Shown here: in pieces, positions 1-8,700 of the stretch | How the letters are laid out: each line of letters starts with the position of its first letter | How positions within the stretch are numbered: position 1 is the first letter of the stretch | Source of the DNA: Verrucomicrobiota bacterium | Lineage (GTDB): Bacteria > Verrucomicrobiota > Kiritimatiellia > CAIKKV01 > CAITUY01 | DNA: 52,238 nt | NCBI GenBank assembly: GCA_011391785.1 | Contig: JAABPW010000325.1 | Coordinates: 1 to 52,238 of the forward strand | Reading direction: 5' to 3' | Made by a program: the position numbers and the translations under genes | Notes under the pieces: generated by a model | Told to the model about the DNA's origin: nothing | Database searches by the model: none | The model's input: only the letters and a program-made list of their open reading frames with translations

Positions 1-20
1 CCCTGAGCGAAGTCGAAGGG
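1..20. repeat. Short REP-like element (CCCTGAGCGAAGTCGAAGGG), possibly truncated by the window edge
   Basis: CCCT...AGGG terminal complementarity; sits directly beside the 21-99 repeat in non-coding DNA. Confidence 0.45.
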
Positions 21-99
21 GTGCCACGGGTCGCAAAAATGTTCGGTTCCCGCCACGCAAGGTGGCGGGGCACCCCCTATAACAGACCCATTACCTACA
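21..99 (-). repeat. ~80-bp REP-like element, copy 1 (inverted relative to 1904-1984)
   Basis: Near-identical to the reverse complement of 1904-1984; internal hairpin CCCGCCAC-gcaag-GTGGCGGG; begins TGTAGG on the minus strand, and its TAG is the NUDIX stop codon. Confidence 0.85.
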
Positions 100-553
100 A
101 AACCGGTATGGTGCTTCCCCATCCTGCAGCGGAGGACAAGACCTTCAACCAGGCAGGCAGGAGTTTGCGCAGGGGAAAAGGCTCAAGGTGATTCCGACCC
201 AAGGCGGATAAAGGGATCCATTTGAACGCAATCCAATGCTCGCAGGCCTCAGGAACGGCCCCGGGTGAAAGGCGGGGGATATCCATCCGGAACATCAGGT
301 TGATCTCACAATGCCTTTTCCCTTTCTGGATGAAGGTATGCTCGACCGCCCCCAGGAACTCCTTCACGTTCGCCTTCACCCCAAGCTCCTCCTGGATCTC
401 GCGCACGAGTCCGGCACCAGCCCTTTCGCCGAATTCCACATGCCCGCCGGGCAAATACGTGTTGGCCGCCCCTTTGCTCTGGCACACCAGCAGTTTCCCT
501 TCCTTTACGCAAACGCCCCGCACCAGGATTTCGATGGTCTTGTCATGGCTCAC
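95..553 (-). CDS. NUDIX hydrolase
   Basis: Nudix box GGHVEFGERAGAGLVREIQEELG; probable GTG start at 553 overlapping the folC stop (ORF track starts at 568). Confidence 0.9.
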   Translation of the reverse strand: MSHDKTIEILVRGVCVKEGKLLVCQSKGAANTYLPGGHVEFGERAGAGLVREIQEELGVKANVKEFLGAVEHTFIQKGKRHCEINLMFRMDIPRLSPGAVPEACEHWIAFKWIPLSALGRNHLEPFPLRKLLPAWLKVLSSAAGWGSTIPVL

Positions 554-1859
554 AGGAACACCCCTCATCCTTTATCTGATTCAACACTTCGCCCGCAAGA
601 AATAGGGAACCGGCAATACAAACGGCGCCATCATGTTCACAGGCCCAGTTCTTCGCCTGTTTCAGCGCCACGGACAGGGAGGCCGGCTCCGCCTCCCACC
701 CTTCCGTCCTCGCAATCTGCACCAGTTTATCCGGCGCCAGGCTTCGCTCCGTGTCAATCGGAACAGCCCAGCACTTGCGGACAGAGGAAGCCCCCATGGC
801 CTTGGCAAACCCGAGCGCGTCCTTGTCGTTGCACATGCCCCAGACAAGGGCGATCTTCCGCTTCTTGAACAATTCCTTCAAGGATGCCGCCAGGGTATTT
901 GCCCCGTCGGGATTATGGGCGCCATCCAGGACCATCGGGGGATCCCGCGAAAGGATTTGAAGCCGCCCCGGCCAGATCGCCTTGGAAAGGCCGGTCCGGA
1001 TGATCTCGGCCGGTATCGCCACAGGGCTGCAGGCGGCCAGGGTTTCAAGCGTTGCCACAACCGTGGCACAATTCTCAAGCTGATGCCGCCCCAGCATCGC
1101 CATCAACACAGGACCGTAATTCAGCTCTCCCCCGGAAATGGAAACCTTCTGGCCATCCAAATCCTGGGCCACACGCCGCACGGAAACGGCTTCAGCGGCA
1201 TTTACGAAAGGCGCCTTGCGGGCCTGCGCGGTGTTTCGAATGACAGCCAGCGCCTCCTCCGGAGTGGCTCCGCAAACCACGGGACGCCCGGGCTTGATAA
1301 TTCCAGCCTTCTCCCCGGCAATCGCCTCGATCGTATTCCCAAGGTAATCCGTGTGCTCCAACCCGATACGGGTAATCACTGAAATCAAGGGCAGCACGAC
1401 ATTGGTGGAATCCAGACGCCCCCCCATCCCGGTCTCCACCACCGCCACCTGGACCTTGCATTGCCGGAAATACTCAAAAGCCAGAGCTGTGGTGAATTCA
1501 AAAAAGGTGGCTTCACGTCCCTCCGCGGCAACGGCGGCGGCATGGGGCTCCATCTCCCCGAACAGGGCCGCAAGAGTCTTGTCGGAAATATCCTCCCCGT
1601 CCACCTTGATCCGCTCATTGAACCGGATCAGGTGCGGCGAAGTATAGAGGCCGACTCGCAGGCCAGCCTCACGCAGGACGGACTCCAACATCGCGCACAC
1701 GGACCCCTTGCCGTTGGTGCCTGCAACATGGATGGTGGCAAAGGCGTGATGGGGATTGCCAAGTCGCTCCAACAGGGCAAGCGTTGTCTCCAGGCCCGGC
1801 TTGACCCCGAAGGTCCGCAACGCAACCAGCCGCTCCAGCGATTGTTCAAGTGTCCTCAT
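543..1859 (-). CDS. folC: Bifunctional folylpolyglutamate synthase/dihydrofolate synthase
   Basis: HVAGTNGKGS, YTSPHL..FNERI, ETGMGGRLDSTN, DGAHNP, GSLFLAG motifs. Confidence 0.97.
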   Translation of the reverse strand: MRTLEQSLERLVALRTFGVKPGLETTLALLERLGNPHHAFATIHVAGTNGKGSVCAMLESVLREAGLRVGLYTSPHLIRFNERIKVDGEDISDKTLAALFGEMEPHAAAVAAEGREATFFEFTTALAFEYFRQCKVQVAVVETGMGGRLDSTNVVLPLISVITRIGLEHTDYLGNTIEAIAGEKAGIIKPGRPVVCGATPEEALAVIRNTAQARKAPFVNAAEAVSVRRVAQDLDGQKVSISGGELNYGPVLMAMLGRHQLENCATVVATLETLAACSPVAIPAEIIRTGLSKAIWPGRLQILSRDPPMVLDGAHNPDGANTLAASLKELFKKRKIALVWGMCNDKDALGFAKAMGASSVRKCWAVPIDTERSLAPDKLVQIARTEGWEAEPASLSVALKQAKNWACEHDGAVCIAGSLFLAGEVLNQIKDEGCSCEP

Positions 1860-1903
1860 ACCCGGTCAAATTCGCACGTTTCCAATCGTCGTTCAATATT
1901 GAA

Positions 1904-1996
1904 TGTAGGTAATGGGTCGGTTAAGGGGGGGGTGCCCCGCCACCTTGCGTGGCGGGAACCAAACATTTTCGCGCCCCGTGGCACAAGGCCACGGGG
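1904..1996 (+). repeat. ~80-bp REP-like element, copy 2, with an extra hairpin (CCCCGTGGC-acaag-GCCACGGGG at 1974-1996)
   Basis: 1904-1984 is an inverted near-copy of 21-99; starts TGTAGG; lies between the divergent folC and SPFH genes. Confidence 0.85.
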
Positions 1997-2073
1997 ACGC
2001 CCCCATATGATTGTTTGACGATATTGGCACAGGCAACTAAAGTTACCGCCAATTGCAAAAGAAATGAGGCTCA

Positions 2074-3609
2074 ATGATGAACAAGATCCCGCACTTCGAC
2101 TCTTCGGATAATCCGCCGCCGATTTTACGGCAGTTCTCCCTGTTGCGGGCGGCCTTCTGGCCGATCTTCATCCTGGGAATCCTGCTGTTTATTCCCCTCT
2201 TCACCTGGTTCTTCTGCCGAATCGAGCCGGGTAGCGGCGAAATTGCCATCCTGATCCACAAAACCGGCGAAGACCTGCCCTCGGGCCAGCTCCTGGCCGA
2301 ATCCCCAAAACAAAAGGGGATTCAACTTGAGGTGCTTGCGGAAGGGCGATTTTTCCGCAACCCCCTGTTCTGGGACTGGCAAATGGCCCAGATCACGGAC
2401 ATCCCCGCAGGCAAGCTGGGCGTGGTCACCCGTCTCTACGGGAAGAACCTTCCCGCCAACCAGATCATCGCCGGAAAAGGCGAGAAAGGGATCCTCGCCG
2501 ACATCCTGAGCCCCGGCAAGCACCGGCTCAACCCCTACGCCTTCCGCGTCGACCTGGCCGATGCCATCACCATCCGCCCGGGACATGTCGGGGTCGTGAC
2601 GTCGCTGAATGGCGAAGATGTCCTGAGCGGCACATCCACCAACAAACCCAACGGCTTCCTGGTTGAAAAATCGATGAAGGGGATCATCTCCGATGTCCTG
2701 GACTCAGGAACCTACTATCTGAACCCCTATCTCTTCAGCGTGGCCGAGGTCAACCTCCGAAGCCAGCGGTTCGAGATGAGCGGACTGGATGCCATCACCT
2801 TCCTGACCATGGATGGGTTCACCGTATCCGTTGAAGGTACCATCGAGTTCGCCCTGCAGGGTGACAAGGCGGCGCTCCTGACCCACCGGGTCGGCGATAT
2901 AAACGACATCATCAAGAAAGTGATCCTGCCCCGCGCCCGCGGCTTCAGCCGCATAGAGGGCAGCAAGCATCCCGCCACCACGTTCATCGTCGGCGAGACC
3001 CGGCAGCAGTTCCAGAAAGACCTCGAAGCACACCTGCACACCACCTGCGAAAAATGGGGCGTTTCCATCCGGTCGGTGCTGATCCGCAACATCACCCCGC
3101 CCGAGGAAATCGCCAGCATCATCCGGGACCGTGAAGTCGCGGTCCAGGAAAGCAAGCGCTACGACATGGAAATCGGACAGGCCAAATCAAAGGCCGAACT
3201 CGTGAAGCAGGAGATGCTGGCCAAGCAGAGTAGCGAGAAGGTGGAAGCCGACACCGCCCGCATCCGCGCCGTGATCAATGCCACACAGGAACAGACCGTG
3301 CGCGTCGTCCAGGCCAACCGGGAACTGGAGGTGGCCAAGATCGAGAATGATGCCGCCATCGCCCAGGCCAAGGCCGTCATGTACAAGGCGGAAGCCGAAG
3401 CCGCCGTCGTGAACATGCAGAACGTGGCCGAGGCGTCCGTCTTCGCCAACCAGGTCCAGGCCTTCAGCAACGGCATGAACTACTCTCGCTATACTTTCTA
3501 CAAGAAAGTCGGTCCGCGCATCCAGTCCATCCTCACCACCGATCAGGGTGATGGGCTCGGCGCACTGTTCAACCCCTATCTTCCCCAGGCGCCCAAGGAG
3601 GTCAAATAA
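2074..3609 (+). CDS. SPFH/Band-7 domain membrane protein with three tandem N-terminal subdomain repeats and a C-terminal coiled coil
   Basis: N-terminal TM segment; three ~55-65 aa repeats (I.PG..GVV...G....KGI..DVL..G...LNP); ITFLTMDGFTVSVEGTIEF SPFH core; Ala/Glu-rich helical tail. Confidence 0.85.
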   Translation: MMNKIPHFDSSDNPPPILRQFSLLRAAFWPIFILGILLFIPLFTWFFCRIEPGSGEIAILIHKTGEDLPSGQLLAESPKQKGIQLEVLAEGRFFRNPLFWDWQMAQITDIPAGKLGVVTRLYGKNLPANQIIAGKGEKGILADILSPGKHRLNPYAFRVDLADAITIRPGHVGVVTSLNGEDVLSGTSTNKPNGFLVEKSMKGIISDVLDSGTYYLNPYLFSVAEVNLRSQRFEMSGLDAITFLTMDGFTVSVEGTIEFALQGDKAALLTHRVGDINDIIKKVILPRARGFSRIEGSKHPATTFIVGETRQQFQKDLEAHLHTTCEKWGVSIRSVLIRNITPPEEIASIIRDREVAVQESKRYDMEIGQAKSKAELVKQEMLAKQSSEKVEADTARIRAVINATQEQTVRVVQANRELEVAKIENDAAIAQAKAVMYKAEAEAAVVNMQNVAEASVFANQVQAFSNGMNYSRYTFYKKVGPRIQSILTTDQGDGLGALFNPYLPQAPKEVK

Positions 3610-5282
3610 TGAATTCGCTTAAATCCGTTATCATTGGTTCCATCGTACTCGTTCTCCTCGCCATCTTCACCTGGGAATGGGGCTTTTGCCGTTTTTATGT
3701 TGAGCCGGACCAGATGGCGATCCTCATCGCCAGAATCGGCACCCCCCTGCCGCCGGGGGAAATCCTGGCGAAGAAGGGACAAATGGGCATTCAGGAGGAG
3801 GTTCTGGGCGAGGGTCGCCATTTCAGGAACCCCTTCGAATTTGACCATCAGATCATGCCCGTGATCAACATCCCGCCCGGCAAAGTCGGCGTGGTCACCG
3901 CCAAGGTTGGAGCTGAATTGCCACAGGGCGAATTCCTCGCCAATGATGGCCAGAAGGGTGTTTCCCGGCGCGTGCTGGGCCCTGGAAAATACCGCATCAA
4001 CCCCATTGGCTATGAGGTTCAGATCGAGGACGCCGTGGCGATTCCCATCGGCTATGTCGGCCTCATCACCTCGCTATCCGGAACCCAGGCCCCTCAAGGC
4101 GCCTTCGCCAAGCCCGGAGAAAAAGGCGTCCGATCAGATATTCTCCAGCCCGGCCTGTATTATGTGAACCCGAAGGAATTCCAGATCAACGTCCTGGAAA
4201 TCGGCGTCAACCAGGTATCCCTGTTGGGCCGGGAAGGCAGCACCGTCATTACGAAGGGCAAAATTGAAGGGCAGAATGCCGCCATGGAAGCCCTTGAGGG
4301 GAACCTGCTCAAGCAACAGCAGGCGAAGCGACGTGACTATTACCAGCAGATGGATGCCGACACCCAGCAGCGGACAGCCAGCCAGCCTCCAGCCAAACGT
4401 CCCGCCACACAGCAACGTGACACCGACAACGTGCATGTCCTCAATGAGTTCGTGTCCTTCCCCTCGCGTGACGGTTTTCTTATCAGCCTCGACATGACCC
4501 TTGAATACGAATTTCTCCCCGAAAGCATTGCCTGGCTTTACCGGAGCTACGGGGATCTTCCCGCCGTGGTCGACAAGATTATCATGCCGCAGATCCTCTC
4601 CATCACCCGCAACAAGGGCTCTGAATACCGCGCCAAGGACTTCATCCTCGGCGAGGGCCGCGAGAAGTTCCAGAACGATATGACGGAGGCGCTATCCAAG
4701 ACCATGGCCGAGAAAAAGATTATCACCCACAATGCCCTTATCCGTCATGTGGATGTCCCCATGCAGATTCTTGACCCCATCCAGAAGGCCAGCATCGCCA
4801 CGGAACAGAACCTGACCAACATCGAGCGGCAGAACACGGCGCGGAAGCAGGCTGAACTGAACAGCAACCAGTCGCTGATCGAACAGCGCCGTGCCCAGGT
4901 CGCCCAGGAGACCCTGAAGCTCAAGGCGGAGATTGCCGCCGACCAGGACAAGCAGGTGGCCGAGATTCAAGCCGGAACGGTCCAGCAGATTGCCTTGATT
5001 GACAAAAACACCGCCGAAGTCCGGGCCAACAAGACCCGCACCCTCGGGAAAGCCGCCGCCGATGCCATGAAACTTGTCGAAAGCGAACGGGCCCGCGGGT
5101 CACAGATGAAAACCCAGGCCTTTGGCGACCCCATCGCCTACAGCCTCTATGAATTCGCCGGCAGCCTCCGCCCGGACCTGATGATCAACATCCTGCACTC
5201 CGGCCAGGGAACCCTCTGGACCGACCTCGAAAAAGCCAATCTCGGGGAGCTGGGCGGCGCGTCTCTGCTGAACAAGAAGTAA
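3609..5282 (+). CDS. Second SPFH/Band-7 domain protein, paralog of the upstream gene
   Basis: TAATG stop/start overlap with the upstream gene; same three repeats; VSFPSRDGFLISLDMTLEY core; Gln-rich insert; helical tail. Confidence 0.85.
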   Translation: MNSLKSVIIGSIVLVLLAIFTWEWGFCRFYVEPDQMAILIARIGTPLPPGEILAKKGQMGIQEEVLGEGRHFRNPFEFDHQIMPVINIPPGKVGVVTAKVGAELPQGEFLANDGQKGVSRRVLGPGKYRINPIGYEVQIEDAVAIPIGYVGLITSLSGTQAPQGAFAKPGEKGVRSDILQPGLYYVNPKEFQINVLEIGVNQVSLLGREGSTVITKGKIEGQNAAMEALEGNLLKQQQAKRRDYYQQMDADTQQRTASQPPAKRPATQQRDTDNVHVLNEFVSFPSRDGFLISLDMTLEYEFLPESIAWLYRSYGDLPAVVDKIIMPQILSITRNKGSEYRAKDFILGEGREKFQNDMTEALSKTMAEKKIITHNALIRHVDVPMQILDPIQKASIATEQNLTNIERQNTARKQAELNSNQSLIEQRRAQVAQETLKLKAEIAADQDKQVAEIQAGTVQQIALIDKNTAEVRANKTRTLGKAAADAMKLVESERARGSQMKTQAFGDPIAYSLYEFAGSLRPDLMINILHSGQGTLWTDLEKANLGELGGASLLNKK

Positions 5283-5345
5283 TAGGATTGGCCGCTCACC
5301 TCATTGTCTTGACTCTTTCGCCCTGTGTGGTTTGATTAATAATTC

Positions 5346-7742
5346 ATGGGCTTTTTCAAGAAACATCGTTACGCGGGCTATCTGCTGGCCGCGGCCATCC
5401 TGCTGGCCGCGGCGGTTGCCATCTACCCGTACGACACCGCCATCTACCAGATGCTCCGGACCTTCTCCCACCGCGTCGGAAAGATTCATATCGTCCAGGA
5501 GATGTTGAATCTGGTCCGTCCCTTCGGAAAAGGGGATGTGGTCATTCTGATCGTGACCGGACTCGCCATTGCCGGCGCACGCCGGAAAGCGGCCCATATC
5601 CTGATCGCCCTGCTGGTGGTAACAGTCCTCATCTGGCCGTTTAAAATCGGCATCGCCCGGGAACGTCCCGGTTTCACCAACAAGCATTCCTTCCCCAGCG
5701 GTGATGTCGCAACCGCCGCCGCCTTCTGTGTCCCCCTCATGACCGCATCCCCATGGACGGCCCCTCTGGCGGTCGTCATCACAGGGGGGGTTGCCACCGG
5801 CCGCGTGTATGACGGACGGCACTTCCCCAGCGACGTACTCGCCGGTGCCGCCTTCGGGATTCTCAGTAGCGCCCTCGCCCTCGCCATCCTGCGGAGACGC
5901 CCCTGGCAGCCAAAACGAGTCTGGTTCCTCGCCGTAGCAGGACTCATCGTGGCCTTCTCCCTGCTGAACCTCACCTGGGCCCGCGCCACACCCTTTGTGG
6001 TCGACTTCCTCCGCGTCTGGGGCCCGCCCGGCGCATTCCTTCTGATCGCCAGCCTGATTCCCGTCTGGCAGCGAAGAAAAAAACAAGCCTTCGGCATTCG
6101 GAGTTCACGGCTTCTCTTCCCCCTGCTCTTCGCCGTTTACCTTTCCCTCACCACGGCCTCCACCTTGTGGGACCGTGACGAACCGCGTTTTTCGCGCGCC
6201 ACCGTTGAAATGGTGGAGTCCGGAAATTATCTTTACCCGACGTTCAACGGCTCGCTTCGCCCGGACAAGCCCATCCTGATCTACTGGCTTATGTCCGTAC
6301 CCGTCCGCCTTCTGGGTGTCTCCGAACTCTCCTGCCGCCTCGTGGCCCCAATCGCCACCCTTCTGGCGGCCCTGCTGGCGGCGTGGATCGCCTACCGCCT
6401 GGGAGGCAGGCAAGCCGGACTGCTGGCGGGATTGTGCATGATGCTTACTCCCTTGATGGCCGTCAGCGGAACCGCCGCAACAACCGATGCGCTCCTGCTG
6501 GCCTGCATCAGCGGCGCCATTTTCGCCTTCCTGCTGTCCTGGCTGGACGGATTCCGGATCTGGCACATTTTACTGATGATAGCGTCACTCGCTGGCGCCA
6601 TGCTGACCAAGGGACCGGTGGGACTGGTTGTCCCGCTCCTGGTCATCGCCAGCATCATGATCTTCGTCCGGACCGGGGCGATCCGCCCCCTTCCCTACAC
6701 AGGCTGGCTCCTGTTCGCCGTAGCCTCCTCCACGATCCTGTTCCTGGCATGGGGACTCCCCGCCAATGCCGCCACAAACGGAAAATTCCTTCAGATGGGA
6801 ATCGGGAAGCATGTGGTCAGCCGCTCCCTCACCGCCATGGAGAGCCACGGGGGAAAGAATTTCTTTTTTTATTTTTATTACCTGCCGGTGCTGCTCCTGA
6901 CGTTTTTCCCCTGGACGCTGTATTTGCCGCGACTTTTTGCCCGGAAGAATTCTCCCTCCCCCGGCAACATGACCCTCCCAGCGGCCACGGTCGGCCGCCT
7001 GCTCCTTTGCTGGGTGATCCCTGTTGTCGTCCTCATGAGCCTTGTCGCCACCAAGCTGCCGCATTACATCCTGCCCGCCTGGCCCGCCTTGGCGGTTGCG
7101 ACGGCACTGGGAATCCAGCGCGCCAGCCGTGACGGCAAGGAAGGCAACCGTTCCGTTGCGGCGAAAACCGGCCTCCTCCTGTTTCTGGTTGTTGGCAGCG
7201 CCCTCGGGCTCGGGCTCATCATTGCCCCCTGGTTTCTCCCGCTGTTCGGCGCGCGCATTCCCGCAACAGGCGTCGGCCTGATTTTCCTGGCCATGGTCAT
7301 CCTTGCCTGGCGGCAGTACCGGATCGCCCGGCATGAGGCCGTTGCGGCCATCCTCATGGCCGGCATGATCGCCGTCCTGATGTCGGCTTCACTCCTGCTC
7401 CTTCCCGCCCTTGAAAAACATAAGCCCGCGCCGTTTATCGCGGAAGTAATCCTGAACCGTTCGGATTCGTCCGTGCCTGTGACCACCTGCGGGTTCGGTG
7501 AGCCGAGCCTGAACTTCTACATCGGGCGGAGCCCGATCATGGCCATAGAGACTGACGCGCTTCCCGCCTGGGCCGCCGCCCCCGGGAAAGGAATCCTGGT
7601 AATCACGGAATTGAAGAGAAGAGGCCAGCGATGCCTCGATGACTCCCCGGCGATTGATACGCTGGATATCATTCCCGGCTTCAACTACTCTCAGGGAAAA
7701 TGGGTCCGGGTTCATATCCTGACCAGGGATAATGCACCATGA
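5346..7742 (+). CDS. PAP2 phosphatase-like domain fused to an ArnT/GT83(PMT_2)-type GT-C glycosyltransferase
   Basis: PAP2 motifs KIGIARERP, FPSGD, GRVYDGRHFPSD; ArnT motifs LWDRDEPRF...EM, PTFNG..RPDKP.L.YWL, LTKGPVG, TKLPHYILP; many TM helices. Confidence 0.85.
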   Translation: MGFFKKHRYAGYLLAAAILLAAAVAIYPYDTAIYQMLRTFSHRVGKIHIVQEMLNLVRPFGKGDVVILIVTGLAIAGARRKAAHILIALLVVTVLIWPFKIGIARERPGFTNKHSFPSGDVATAAAFCVPLMTASPWTAPLAVVITGGVATGRVYDGRHFPSDVLAGAAFGILSSALALAILRRRPWQPKRVWFLAVAGLIVAFSLLNLTWARATPFVVDFLRVWGPPGAFLLIASLIPVWQRRKKQAFGIRSSRLLFPLLFAVYLSLTTASTLWDRDEPRFSRATVEMVESGNYLYPTFNGSLRPDKPILIYWLMSVPVRLLGVSELSCRLVAPIATLLAALLAAWIAYRLGGRQAGLLAGLCMMLTPLMAVSGTAATTDALLLACISGAIFAFLLSWLDGFRIWHILLMIASLAGAMLTKGPVGLVVPLLVIASIMIFVRTGAIRPLPYTGWLLFAVASSTILFLAWGLPANAATNGKFLQMGIGKHVVSRSLTAMESHGGKNFFFYFYYLPVLLLTFFPWTLYLPRLFARKNSPSPGNMTLPAATVGRLLLCWVIPVVVLMSLVATKLPHYILPAWPALAVATALGIQRASRDGKEGNRSVAAKTGLLLFLVVGSALGLGLIIAPWFLPLFGARIPATGVGLIFLAMVILAWRQYRIARHEAVAAILMAGMIAVLMSASLLLLPALEKHKPAPFIAEVILNRSDSSVPVTTCGFGEPSLNFYIGRSPIMAIETDALPAWAAAPGKGILVITELKRRGQRCLDDSPAIDTLDIIPGFNYSQGKWVRVHILTRDNAP

Positions 7743-8575
7743 GCGAAGAAAACGACGAGCGGTATGAGGATCTCCCGAGTGCTGAAGGCCGGACTCCCGT
7801 AGGCTCCCCGACGGGCTTCGTGCCTGCCACACCTCTTGGCGCCAGGCCCCCCGGGCCGGATGAAGAACCGGATCCCGTCCCGATCGAGCTGGAGATCGAG
7901 GTTGCGGAATCCGCAGGCAAATCCGAAAGAAAATTTTTATTCATGGCGCTCGGCATCGTCTGCTGCATTGCCATCGTCCACTATACCCCGCTCGAGCAAC
8001 TCACCAATGACCAGAACTGGAAGCAGCAGGTCCAAGCACTCGGGATCTGGGCGTACGCCCTCTTTTTCCTGGTTAGCACCGGCTTGATCGCCTTGGGCAT
8101 CCCCCGCATGTTCCTGTGCGGACTGGCTGGCGCCCTGTTCGGATTCATCTGGGGATTCATCATTGGACAGATCTCCGCCCTGTTTGGATCCTATGCCACC
8201 TTCTGTTTTGCCCGTCTGGGTGGGCGGGATTGGGTGATGAAACGCATTGAAAACAAACAGCGGCTCCGGAATCTGCTCAAGAAGCCATCCACCTTCACCA
8301 TTGTCCTGGTACGCCAGCTTCCCATTGCCGGAATTGTCCCCAACTTGATACTGGGGTTGACGCCCGTGAAACACCGGTATTTCCTGCTGGGTTCCTTTTT
8401 GGGCTACCTTCCAAGCTCAGCCCTGGTCGCCGCCATGGGAAGCAGTCTGGGTAAAGGGTTCAGCCGTGAAACCGTGGCTCATTCCATAAGCCAGATCGGT
8501 CTGGCCATGCTCGGCCTTGGCGCCATTTCCTGGCTGGTCTGGACGTTGAAGAAGAAGCTCGCCCAGCGTCACTAA
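7739..8575 (+). CDS. DedA-superfamily VTT (TVP38/TMEM64) membrane protein
   Basis: GALFGFIWG, FARLGGR, VRQLPIAGIVPNLILG, YFLLGSFLGYLP pattern; ATGA overlap with the ArnT fusion gene. Confidence 0.85.
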   Translation: MSEENDERYEDLPSAEGRTPVGSPTGFVPATPLGARPPGPDEEPDPVPIELEIEVAESAGKSERKFLFMALGIVCCIAIVHYTPLEQLTNDQNWKQQVQALGIWAYALFFLVSTGLIALGIPRMFLCGLAGALFGFIWGFIIGQISALFGSYATFCFARLGGRDWVMKRIENKQRLRNLLKKPSTFTIVLVRQLPIAGIVPNLILGLTPVKHRYFLLGSFLGYLPSSALVAAMGSSLGKGFSRETVAHSISQIGLAMLGLGAISWLVWTLKKKLAQRH

Positions 8576-8693
8576 TGTTCCTGAAATAATCTGGACATCC
8601 TCCAAGGTGGACCGCGACCTCCGGGCGCGGTTTGACGCCGCCCGGAGGTCGGCGTCCACCAGTGGATGCCTGGATTATTATGAGATCATTAGT
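8571..8693. repeat. 123-bp nested palindrome: REP-like doublet (8606-8660) inside imperfect outer arms (MITE/REPIN-like); could act as a bidirectional terminator
   Basis: ACTAATGTTCCTGAAATAATC...GATTATTATGAGATCATTAGT outer arms; GGTGGAC..CGACCTCCGGGCG / CGCCCGGAGGTCG..GTCCACC inner stem; lies between convergent genes. Confidence 0.8.
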
Positions 8694-8700
8694 AAGCCGG

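Noticed and set aside
21-1984. Composite transposon carrying folC
   Set aside because: No transposase, housekeeping cargo, and no target duplication discernible; REP-like copies are the simpler explanation
1856-2074. 72-aa minus-strand ORF
   Set aside because: Translation of the REP-like repeat and promoter region
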